Assembly: GCA_013265495.1 (NCBI GenBank)
Contig: MU058463.1
Span: forward strand, 62,001 to 126,000
Reading direction: 5' to 3'
Length of the DNA stretch: 64,000 nucleotides
Source: Vicugna vicugna
Taxonomy: Eukaryota
In this document: one piece after another, positions 52,176 to 64,000 of the stretch
How positions within the stretch are numbered: the first letter of the stretch is position 1
How the letters are laid out: every line of letters begins with the position of its first letter
The notes under the pieces: generated by a model
What the model saw: the letters and a program-made list of their open reading frames with translations, nothing else
Told to the model about the DNA's origin: nothing
Database searches by the model: none
Made by a program: the position numbers and the translations under genes

Positions 52176-54785
52176 AGCTAAGTTTTTCCTCTCTTTACTG
52201 TATTAGCTAGCTCACACAATGTTAAATGAGAAAAAAAAAAGAGAGAGAGAGAAGTTTTACGTGAGGAAATGTGGCTTAGAAACTTGGATGTTTTAAATTT
52301 CCAAAGCAAAAATCCTCTGCATTGTAACACATTCGTGTGCAGTTTTTGCATTTTTTGATGTTTGAATAGCTGTGCAACTGGAAATTAGTTGCATGGCATA
52401 GCAATATCAAGAGAGCAGCCAACTGCACAAGAAATGAAAGATAATGGCACAAAAGTGATGACAATTTGCAGGATACTAGTTAAAGGACATGGTTATCTCC
52501 TGTTTCTGAATATAAGCTCAGTTTTAGGGATATACATAAAGAGAAAACTAAAGTTCACTAAGAATTCACAAAGGCATGGTTTGCTAAAGGTTTCGTTTGT
52601 ACTGAAAGAATGAATTTCTTCATTCATCTCTTAGAGAATATGTTATTTCCTAAACATGAAGGAATACATGTTTTTTAAAGTATGCCTCTATTTCTACGAA
52701 GATTCCATGTGCTAGTCCTCTTGGAAGGCCATGTAAGAAACATATCTTGCTGATTTCACATTAAAGTAGCAGAAAACATAAGTTGAGAACTAAAATTATG
52801 TTTCACTGAACATTTCAATGAGTCCAATACAAGAAGATACATAATTCAACAGTTTCATTTTTATATATTTCATATCAATATTTTTGATCTGATATATTCT
52901 AGTATGTCTAGATGTGGGGAGCAAAGCATAGAAAATAGTATTAGAGCTATTTATTAGAAAAATGTAAATCCAAATATAGTTGAAGGTTTTTAAAAATATA
53001 TGTTTAATTAAAATAGAACAGCTAGCAGGCAGGGAAAAATGAAAACTAAATGGAATCCATTAAGTAAAAAAAAGAAAAAAAAGTTACTGAAAACTCATTC
53101 ATAGAGCATTTTAGAAGCTAAGAGTATCAACTTAGCAATCAGTCCACCACTTACACCAGGCACCTTGAGTACTGTGTATGATAGTGAATACCCATCCACA
53201 GACACTCTGGCTGGCTGGGCAGTTGAACTCTATATTGCTGTGATAGCAGCGGAGCCCTGCTGGAGGTAGGAGGTATTTCTAAGAAGTAATGAAAGTGAAT
53301 TATTCCATTCAAAAGAAAAACAATGTCCTACAGTGTCTTACAAATCAAAATAAAGCAGGGTCTCTTCTCTTAAATGCTGTAGATGACTCTCTCTCTAGAT
53401 ATTTGAGCTTGCAACCTATGCTCTAAAACTTTGACAAAAATATGCTCTTCATTTTGTTTAGGATTGAAATGAAGCCCCGTCTATCAGGAAATAAAGAACA
53501 TTCTGCAAAAGGATTATCATTCAAGCAATGAAAAAAATGCCTGTCCAGTTTAAAAATGGTAATGAAGGCAGGGAATTTAGGTGGTAGTAGACAGTAATAC
53601 TAGACTTTGCCAGTGGCCAAATATTCTCAATAAATAAAGCAGGAATATCTATCTAATAGTGGTGGAAGAGGGAGAAGGACGTATCTAAGGACTTTGCAAT
53701 ATTTCAAAAACAGACTGGACTTAGGAATTATAAATTTATTTTTAAAATTACCAACATTTGTAATTATTTCTTTAAACCTTGACTTAAAAACATATAGAGT
53801 GATATAGATCTTTAATGGTCATGTATTTTAGCAGTAATATTTTTTGGAAAAAGGAAAACAAACACTGGAAAATCTAAGATAATATTCTGGCAGATGAGTA
53901 AATTTGGAAAATATTTACATTTATTTCAAAATTATTTACTAATTGAATCCTCTGTATCAAGTACTATCTTACTTAAATGTGAAAGATAATAATCATGCTG
54001 TTCAGTAAAGGTTAAAAAAAGGCATTTGTAGCATTTTTCAATTAAAGTGTCTCTTGAAAAACCTTTTTATTATGCTTTGATTTCAGTTTACAATTTTAAC
54101 CAAATATTCATCTTTTTAAGTGATGTAAGACACAAAGTAAAATAAGTCATTTTAATTGAATGATTATGTGCATTAAATATCTAGAAAAAGTATTTTAAAA
54201 ATTATCATTTGTATATGTGTACTTCTCAAAAAATTACTAAATTATTAGTACTTAATTACCTTAGAACAAAGCAAGGTGATAACTTGTAACTAGTATTAGA
54301 TACTTAGATAATTAGTTACAATTGTGAAATTTATTACATATTATAGAGAAATTCATGTAATTAAATGGAATTTTTTGATATATCCTAACTCCCAGTTTAA
54401 TTTCCCCACTTCTCTTAAATTATTCATATTTTCTTTATAATGTATGTAATATTATTTCAATAATGTATTATTTTTAAAATTTATATAGTATATATTTTGA
54501 AATATGTAGAATTTTATTAATTTAAAATATCCGACATGATATTTAGATGCAGTAATTTTAGGTATTTTGAGATTATACACATGTGCCTGTAAGAATCTAT
54601 AACAGATGTCCCTCAAAGGTCTTATTTATATGCCAATCTAATTAATTTTGCAAAATTGTATCTTATAAATTTTAACTCAAGTAGAAAGAAAGATTTACAA
54701 TTTTAGACTATGACAGTTCTCGACATTCTGGAGAAACCAGAATTCTCCTTCATCTGAGTTCCCCCTTCCTTCACCTTTCCTTCTT

Positions 54786-55544
54786 GTGATCAGGAATAAT
54801 GATTTATCCCCTGTGTGTTTTTCTTCTCCAACACCATGCACGTGGTTGTATTTCTTCCAACATCAATTATCCAATTCCCTGACACCAACTGGGTATCCAA
54901 TAATTAAATTCAGTTCTGACGGCAACATCTCCACAGGTAAGGGCCCAGTACCACGAGACTGCCCCCACTTCAGATGCCAGCTACAATGAGGTGCACAGGC
55001 TCCCTGCACTTCTGTCTGACTTGGCTACAACCCCCTTCTCAGGTTCAATAATTGACTAGAAAGACTCACAGAACTTCGGAAAGTGCTTTACTTACTATTA
55101 CTGTTTTATTATAAAGGATGCAACCCAGAATGGTCAAGTAGAAGGGATGCACAGGACAAGGTATGGAGGTAGAGGCACGGGGCTTCCTCCAAGCACTTCC
55201 ATATATTCACCAACCTGGAATCTCTCCAGATTTCATTGTTTAGGGGTTTTTGTGGATATTTCATTACTTATGTATGCATGATTAAATCACTCTCCACTGG
55301 TGATTGAACTCTTTTCCCAGTCTCTCTCCTTTCCCTGAAGGTGGGGGTTGGGAGGTGGGAGTAAAAGTTCCAACCCTTTAATCATGGCTTAACCCATCCT
55401 GACACTGTCTAGGGACCCAGAGCCACCAGTCATTCACTAGCATACAGAGGACATTCTTACCCCCTTAGGAGATTCTAATGATTTTAGGAGTTCTTGCCTG
55501 GAACCTGGGACAAAGATCAAATATATATATTTCTGTTACACCAC
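54786..55544 (-). mobile_element. MER21-family LTR
   Basis: gacaccaactgggtatccaataatt...gactgcccccacttcagatgcca...actcacagaact...tttattataaaggat...ggaacctgggacaaagatcaaatatatat. Confidence 0.85.
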
Positions 55545-56146
55545 GTCTTCGTTGTGATTTTACAGCCCTTTTACAACTTTCAATATGGACTCAAACATTT
55601 TTGGTTTCAGAATAGGAGGAAGCTGATCATACCTGAATTCATGGGGTTGGGAGTTCACTTCTTGCCATAGGTTTATAAATACATTTTTTGATAGTTATTG
55701 GAGTCATACATATCCAGTAAGGAAAAACCTACCAACCTATTGGGTTGGTCTAGCTTGAAAGCTTCAATAAACTCACTTCAAAATAATCCAGTATTTGTTT
55801 GAAAAACCAGTTTGGTTGGTTTATACGGTGCTATGAAATTTTATAAATGATGCAGTCACACAGATGAATGAAATGTAATCCTTGACCTTAAAGCATATAT
55901 AATGTGACAAAACAGTTATTCTGTTTACTGAAGAATTGAATCTTCATTAATTGAATAAAGATGTTAATTATTCTTCTGAATATTTACCATGGCACCAAGA
56001 AGTCAGGCTAATTTCTTTCTCCATTGCTGTCTTCTATTAACCTTCTGACAAATTGCAGTGCCTCCCTTTTCTACTTTTGACTTGTGCTTTGCCCAGGGCA
56101 GTAAGAAAAATCCTACTTTTTACTTGTTTCAAATGTGTCCTTTGTT

Positions 56147-56202
56147 TTCTTCTTCTTCTTCTTTCTTCTTTCTTCTTCTTTCCTCCTTCTTTTTTTTTTT
56201 TT
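56147..56202. repeat. (CTT)n / poly(T) pyrimidine tract
   Basis: Direct observation. Confidence 0.8.
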
Positions 56203-59200
56203 TGTTCTTTGTCTTCATTGTTACATCTTTTGTATAGTCAACACTGTAAAAGCTGCAATTAGATAACTAAATCTCTTTATGTAATTGACCATTACTTTCA
56301 CCAACCAAATTTCCATTTAATGGATTACCACATAGTAAACCTTAAGCTGTAAATTGCGTGTGCTGTGCACATTAGAAATAAAATTTAGAGTTTTTCAGTT
56401 GCCCAAAATTTAAAGAGTCAAATGCTGTACACACCAGAAAATCTAATGAGTGTATACCCAGTAAAACCCTTTACTAGTGGAATTGAAGAAGCATGCAAAG
56501 AAACCAGTGTATATGGCTGGTGATTATAAATTTATATTTAAGTACAGCTTAAGTGAATAGCATCCTTATTCAATCATTGTTTTTCTCAATCCATTAAGAC
56601 TCTCTTTTTTCTACAAAAATACTTCATTCACCAAATGTCTGAAACACTGCCTTACTGTCTATTATGAGTTGGACAAGAGAAAGATTAAAAATAATGGTTG
56701 AAAATACTGTTGAAGAGAAGAATTTACATTGACTGGCTGGAAAATATTTAGAAATAAGCAACTGAAAATAGCATTGCTTATACAATAATATACAGTTAGG
56801 GTAAAGAATGTGTCAATTATTTTGTTTCTAAAATTCTGAGGTTCAAATCTTATGTCAGATTAGTTATATTGTAACTAAATTATAAATTTTAAAAATAATG
56901 TAAATGTGCTTTAATCAAACAAATAACTTTTAAAACCTGATGCTGAGTAAATGAGTGGCTAAATTTTGGCAATGTTTGAAATTAATGGTGTTACTAAAAT
57001 GTTAATACCATGGCAGAATTATTAGCAAGTCAATAACATCTTGTGCTTTCTTATATTGATTTATAAAATTTGATAGTTTAAAGTTTAAAGTTAAATTATA
57101 TTATGATAAATCATTTTGTACCTATTCATTTTCAGCCTACACTCTGGAAATTAATTACATAAACAGGTATTCTTTCACACATTAAATAATCCCCCAGTTA
57201 AATATTGCTCAGTTGTGAGCTTAACTCTATGAAACTATGATTTATAATCCTTTAGCCAGTAAAATTGTAAAGAATCTAAAATGTGTCAAATATTTCTTAC
57301 AGTATGCAAAGAAAGTAAGACACTTTGAGCAGCTATTTCCCTCATAGCCAACTTTTCTATAAGAAAATATTTTTAAGGAATAAAAAGTGAAATAATTGAG
57401 GTTCTTGTCTTCATAGATCACTAAATTATAGTTTTCAAGAAATTTATAAATACTAAAATACCTCTCAGTTTTCTTTAGCCTTCCAGTTGCCAATAACTCA
57501 TTAAAGAATATTGGTGTATCATATGTCCCTGTTCTACTCATTATCTTTTCTGCATAATGCTCTATTTGTCATAGAAGGACAAAATACAACATCAGATGAG
57601 AAATTGTATTTAATTAAAAAATACTGCTGAAATGTAGCCTTAAATTAGGAGTTTCTGTAGAAACAAAGGTTCAGTGTTTTTTATTTGAATACTTGTTTAA
57701 TTTTCATTCATATCCATGCTAATATTCAAATTAAACATAGTTATCTCCCTGTCTTCTGCACTACCATAGATTTTGATTCTGACATCAAGGCATTTGCCAT
57801 TCAGGGACCAAAAAGTGAATTGTCACAGCTGATCTTCAACTTTGCTACAGACAATGTGATTCAATGTGATTCATGTGTCAAATGACAAACACGCCTATAA
57901 CCAATAGACATATTTTTTCTGTTAGAGTTATCCACTCAGAACTGACAGAGATGAGAAATGTTTGACATTAGAGCAAAATAAAGAGGTAAGATCATTTCCT
58001 TTGTGAAGACCACATGTAGTTTTGGAGTTTTGACATTTATGAGAAATAAAACTAGGAACTTCTGAAGGTTTTAAAATCACTCTTACAAGGTTGCTTGCTG
58101 TTTTCAAACCCTTTAGAATTCGAAATGATCAGATTATGCAGGGAACTGACGCTGTAAATTAATGAAAGAAAACAGAACTTAAAAACCCAGAAGACATGAA
58201 ACACTTCTGCCTAATTCCACCCACACAATCCCTCATTTCTAAACTAGCTCATTGCATTGTATTTTATTGTTAGGAATACTATGGCCTGGTGTAGTAAATT
58301 ACATTAAGATTTATTTTGTCACCTACTTTTTAAATTATGTTTTTCCTGAGAAAAAGAAAAACTACATTAAGAGTAAATCGAAAACATGACTGATATGGAA
58401 AGATAACCCATGTGTTTTCCTTTCTGTGAGAGAGTATTGTAAAAGAATAAGCTAAGTGTGATCACATTTCTATATAAAATAATTATTATTGCCATCACTA
58501 GTATCAGCATATTTATATTTATATGGGAAATATCTGATGTAGTGAACGCACAGCTAATTAGGTGGTCATCCCTTAGGGATTGTAGTGTGTTGACAATGTA
58601 AGGGAATTATATTTTTTAAGACATTTACTGTTTTACTTGTAGGAAACGACATTAAACTTAAATCAGGTGAAAAAACACAAAGAGATAAATTGTCTTATGT
58701 ATTTGCAGTTAATTAATCTAATTGACTTCTAAAGTGTATTCTATTTTATGTTTTTGCAAATGTTAAATTTCCACATAGAAGTACTAGAACAAATTCTACT
58801 ACTATAAAATGGTTGAAAATTACTTCACATAATATTTAGATAAAATATTTTACTTTATTTTATTTTCTGTTATATTTAGAAACTCTTCCAAATTTGATGT
58901 GATTATTACTTTTCAATTTTACATTTAATTGATTTTAAGTATGTGTATATGTATATGTACATGCATGTAATATTTTCATCCCCTTCATTTTTTTTTCCAT
59001 AAGCCATATACCTGCAGTAGGGCTCAGAACTACAATGAAAGGAAAGAGTCAAATGAATATATTGTGAAAATGTACTAATATTTTATATCATGTATAAAAT
59101 TTAGAAATTATTTTAAATATTCTCTCTCTGACTTCTCTCAAATCAGTGGTTTATTATTTTACCTATCTCTGCAACATTTTTTAAGTCCATGCTTAAATCT

Positions 59201-59824
59201 TTAAATCCTTTCTACCTGTCATTGCATTATATGCAATAAAATAAACTGCATAACTTGTATAGTAAAATATTTAATCTAACAAACTTGGCAGGTGGAGGAA
59301 AGGACTCCAGTGAATGTCTAGTATATATACTAATATAATTACAAATGCAATTTTTTAAAAATTATATTGAACATTTAGGAGAACTCCAAAACTTTTAAGC
59401 TGAGTGCCCTTTCAAAGATGGAACAGAGGTCTGAAAAATGAATGACTGTAACTTAGGGGTGAAAAACAAAAATTATTATAAATCTGTTTAAAGATGAGTA
59501 GCGTTATATATGTCAGAGCTATATATTAACTTGCAAATGCCCCAATTAGTATATATCTTAATTTTTATAACTTTTTTTCCATTTTATCCATTAAACTGAA
59601 AGATGAAAGTATTGTACATTTTCAGTTGTGCTTCTGTGACTGGAAAAAAAATGTAAATTCCAAAGATGGGACACCATATAAAATGTACACATCCCATTGA
59701 GCAAAATTATCAAAATTTCAGTATTTTTTTAAGACATAGATTATTAGGGGAAAAAACTTTTAAAAAAGAAAGTTTTGTCTTTAAATTTTTATGGTTTCAC
59801 AGTGCATTTATTTTTAATCTGTCA

Positions 59825-59905
59825 AAACAATATTGTGAGGCAAGAGCATGTCCTTATATAAAATAAGAAACTGACAAATAAAAGTTAAATGACTTGCCTC
59901 AGGAT
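59825..59905 (-). mobile_element. MIR fragment
   Basis: ataagaaactgac...aagttaaatgacttgcc. Confidence 0.55.
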
Positions 59906-60507
59906 GCAACAAAATGGAATCAAGATTTTTGTAAAAGGCTGTTGCTGCAGTTATATCCCTTTCATTTTCATTTAACACAACAGACATAAGCATTATTGCA
60001 ATGTTAATTTGACTTACACCCGACAGCTTTTATGGACTCAAGTCTCAGAAACTTTAGTATGAGAAATCTTTCAAATAAACCTGCAAATTAATCCACAAGC
60101 TAAGAGTTTTAGTAAAATTGTTCATAATAGACTCCCACTTCTTGGTATATGGTGAATAGATAGTCTGAAGTCAGCCATAGGCAAAGTATTTTAACTTCAG
60201 TGAGAATCACAGGATTTTTCCTATAGGCTGTTAGATTAAACTAAGACTATGGCCTGGATAAAGCTGAGAGCCCTGGAAAACTGTAGGATTAAAAAGGGAT
60301 GCAAAGAGAAAGCAAATTGTAATCCCTGATAGAAAAAAATAGAGGATGCTTGTCTCACGTGATTGCCTTTGCTTTTCTCTAGAGTCCAGGTCTACTACAG
60401 CCTCCTTGGAAAGGAGGTTTCCAATCAGCAACTACACTTTATAACTTGCCAAGGTTAAATTTCTCAGTTGCTGAAGGAGATGTAGGCATTTTCCTTCAAC
60501 GATTCAT

Positions 60508-60700
60508 TAGCAGGGGCATTTGACAGAGCAGGTGAGGGCCCTTTTAGGGCTGGATGTCCTGTCTAGTACCAGAATTATCGGGTCTTTTCTCAAACAGGGG
60601 ATTTGACACCTTCTCAGCGTCCTGCTTCTTCAGGACAGTAGGCATCAGGGCTACTTTCTGCTCCTTGGCCTTCTTTCTTTTTGGCATCTTGGGCACCTGG
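60508..60700 (-). pseudogene. RPL7A: Processed pseudogene fragment of 60S ribosomal protein L7a (N-terminal ~60 codons)
   Basis: Minus strand from ATG at 60687 reads [47 protein letters not shown], then +1 frameshift KRALTCSVKCPC. RPL7A reads [60 protein letters not shown]. 5' UTR-like gcccaagATG, no introns. Confidence 0.93.
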
Positions 60701-61580
60701 AGAACTTATATTCTAGCACACAGATGGTTTACTTGGAAATTTGAAAAATAATTCTGAACTTTTTAAACTTCCCTGCTTGCATAATTTAACATAAATATTT
60801 TCATTCATTTTGGATTTGGGTCTTATTTTTCCTAATGCTTTGTTTCATATATTTTTTAAAATGTTATATATTTATTTCATTTCAATTCTATGTATTAAAT
60901 TTCCCAAAGGTAATAAATTATAAGTTAGTGGTCTGATTCAATACTGAAATACTCTTTCTGCCTCTTTACATACACTATGTGTATGTACTTTTAATTAGTA
61001 AGTAATGGGATTTTAATTTTGTACTTAAATATTATTCATAGAATTATTTATGGCCTGAATGCCTGCTGTTGTGTTGAATCAGTCTTGCATAATTTTTTTC
61101 ATGTTACATTCTTAATGACTTGAAGTTAGATTGTTCATATTTACATATGCTCAGTAAAATTAATACAACTCTATGCAACATTTTATTAAGGTAAATTAAA
61201 ATCTTTTGTCACTGCTTGCATGTTTTCTATACAATGCCTGCAAATGTTCAACAAGGAAAACTTCCTGATATATTTGAATTTTCTCCTCTGGGTAATGATC
61301 AATATTTTACATACTATCAATTTCAAAAGAGAATATCTTCTTAGAATGAAGGATGATACTACTGATGATAAATGTTATATACTGTAGACATAGAATTTTA
61401 AATTATCTTGATAATTTTTGAGAGCTCTGTTCCTCATTCTTTAATAAATGTGAAAAACTCATAATGTCACTTTTTCTTTAATTACATTTGCTCTTTTATT
61501 AAAATGTTCAGTAAGTTCATCCTGAAAACACCAAATGAGATATTTTGACTTTCTAAAAATGCTAAAAGGAAGAGTAATTT

Positions 61581-61905
61581 GGGGAATTGGTTGAAGATGT
61601 TGACGTAGGAAGATCCTGGTCTTGCCTATTCCCATGGACACACCAAAGTTACAACTGCCTATAGAATGATTCTCTCTGAAGGTGACCCATTGAACAGCAG
61701 AACAGCTCTTACACAACAGATAAAAGGGCCACATTGAGACAGATAGGAGAAGCAATCTCGACAGGACACCTGCCGGTTGGATGGCCACGCACCAGCAGGA
61801 GGGATATCACAAACAGAGATTCTCCCTGAAGAGGGAAGGGTTTTAGCCCCATATCAGGTTCCCTAACCCTTGGGACATGCACTGGAAAAGATGATTCCCC
61901 AAAAG
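61581..61905 (+). mobile_element. Isolated L1 5' UTR fragment (laurasiatherian type)
   Basis: gggg...aagatgttgacgtaggaagatcctg...cccatggacacaccaaagttacaact...ctctctgaa. Explains ORF 61459-61788. Confidence 0.75.
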
Positions 61906-63589
61906 CACTTTATTTTTTATTATGCTTTATTGAATGTTCAAAATTTTACATTTATCAAATTTGCTCATATTTTATTCTTTTCAGAAAAACCTGCATAATT
62001 TTAGCAGGTGTAAGATTATGATAAATTATAAGCTTATTTTTAGTAAATATAAGATCATGATATGATGTGATCATCTGCTGCTAAATTGAGTTAAAATAAA
62101 ATTATAATTTGTCTTGTCAAGGTAATTTGTGATTTGAATAATTTTTCCTTAGCAAATTTCTAGTTCTTAATAATTACATATTATAATAAAAGTTAAAGAA
62201 AACAATTATGAATATTAAAATATATTCTATGATGTATATCAGTATATTCTCAATGAATTTTTTTGTACTTTCCCAAGTACAAAGTTTGATTTTATGGATA
62301 TATATATTTAAATATAGATATTAATGTGAATATAATTATAATTCATATACATATTTATTTATCAAAATTGGTAGAAACAGTTTTCTCATTTTGCTTCCAT
62401 CTTTTACTTAGTTATCTGTCAAATATCCTTAGAGACTTAAGTAAGATAATAATATTCAGATATTTTTGCATTCCAGTATAGGGGGTGAAAGAAATATCTG
62501 AACAATGATTTAACAGCATAAGTACTATTTTAACAGGCTTCTAAGCTCAAGTTTTAGCAGATAAACTAAGATACAAATGATACTACCTTCCAGATGTAGG
62601 CTTAGGCAATATGTAGAGTTTATCATACTCCAGTTAATAAATTCTGTATCAAAAAAGTTTCAGTTTTTGGAAATTAGAGTAAAAAGGTGATTTTAAAGGG
62701 AAGACCCAGAGATTGCTGCAGGGTTTCTGCAAGTCACACTGGGCCCCAGGGAATTTTGCTGGCATTTGTCTCATGTCCCAAGCTGTAGACAGGGCTTCAC
62801 TGAACCAAGGAGAAAGGCAAAGCAGTCTACAATAGGAGGTAAAAAAAAAAAAAAAGTTTCATCTGGGAAATTAATTAAAGAGGTTCTAATACCAAAGATG
62901 AACATGGAACCAGGGTAGAAATGTCAACTTGACATTGTTTTTAAAAGGAATTTTATCCAAAAGGATGCCCTACTAGGATAATTAAACCTCTACACTGTAA
63001 AGCAGGCTGTGGGGTATATTCCCTGAGAACAGAAGCCAGGGCCCCATGAGAGAAATAATGTGTTTTAAGTATCTCTTAGGTTCAAGAAATGGACCTCTAT
63101 TATATTATGATTAATATTTTTACATTAGTCAATGAAACTTTTCTAGCCCCATTAATGTCCTCCCTCTCCCAGCATTAGTTGTAAAAGATCATAAACAGCT
63201 TCTAGGAAGTGAGTTAAGTGTAAAGAGCAAAAATGTCTATTTCATTCCTTTTCCAGTTAGCATGTGGCCTATCTATAGCCAACTGAGCTTTATGAAAAAA
63301 CTGAAACCATACCTCTTATAAAAATATGACTATTGTTATATGCCTATATTATTATAGGCATATACAAAGTATAACGGGGGAAAGAAGGAGGGAGCTACTG
63401 TTTTATTTTCAATTAAACAAGTTAGAAAGGAGAATGCTTCATGGAATTTTTCTTGGAATTCTCATCAACAGCAAGAACCAGGTAAGAAATAAGAAGGTGC
63501 ATCTAAGAGCCAAGGAGAGTTATTCACAGGGGTTGGTATATAATCAAGAAATTCCAACATTCACAGGACTGAATTTCAGAACTTTTAGA

Positions 63590-63975
63590 ATCAAGGGCTT
63601 CTTTTTGTACTTTGCTTGCCCCACTCTAAATTAGTCATTTCTCCAAGGAATTTGGGATTATTTTAATGGAGACTGGACTGTAGAAAAGAAGATTTTGGTA
63701 CTAGGTATGCTCATTGCTATTGGTATATCACTGCTCATAGGAACACCGCAGTAGACAGAGCCAGGGAAACAGACATATGCACACAACACACACGTATACG
63801 TATATATTCACATTTATTTCTGTATCCATCTTGATATCTTGAAATCTCTGAGTTTACAGTGGTATCTCTAAATCTGATAACATAGGGTTCATTTTAGTTT
63901 TCTCCATTTCTACCCATTCCCTTCTAGCATGCCTTTCTCATAGTTTTTGGGCTTTACAACCCAATAGTGGACTGT
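63590..63975 (-). mobile_element. L1MC4-like 3' region fragment
   Basis: agtcatttctccaagga...ttttaatggaga...ctaggtatgctcattgctattgg...agacagagccaggga...tagggttcatt. Confidence 0.75.
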
Positions 63976-64000
63976 CCCCCCTACTTTGATGTTCTCATTA

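Noticed and set aside
63422..63481. 60-nt segment before CAG|gtaaga donor (within ORF 63326-63634)
   Set aside because: Poor acceptor (aag, weak pyrimidine tract) and no recognisable protein.

Overview
AT-rich, CpG-poor placental-mammal DNA, intergenic or deep intronic, with a large fraction made of decayed interspersed repeats. These include LINE-1 copies of several ages, MaLR (MLT1) and MLT2 LTRs with internal segments, ERV1-type solo LTRs, MER21, Tigger1, MER53, MIR, L2 and microsatellites. The youngest L1 3' ends resemble camelid L1, and I recognised no lineage-specific SINE, so a camelid source is plausible (inference). I found no intact protein-coding gene. The supplied ORFs are repeat-derived or spurious. 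The one recognisable gene-derived sequence is a 5' fragment of an RPL7A processed pseudogene (minus strand, ~60508-60700), which the ORF track misses. I see no evidence for a new biological system. The best-supported observations are retrotransposition footprints: a probable L1 3' transduction inside a perfect 15-bp TSD, a twin-priming L1 inversion, three L1s with large internal deletions, an MLT2 LTR with internal inversions, and nested LTR insertions. Weaker candidates are an ancient non-LTR ORF2 fossil, a 60-nt exon, a CpG patch and a hairpin. Repeat family names come from recalled consensus motifs, not from a database search. Boundaries are approximate unless a TSD is given.
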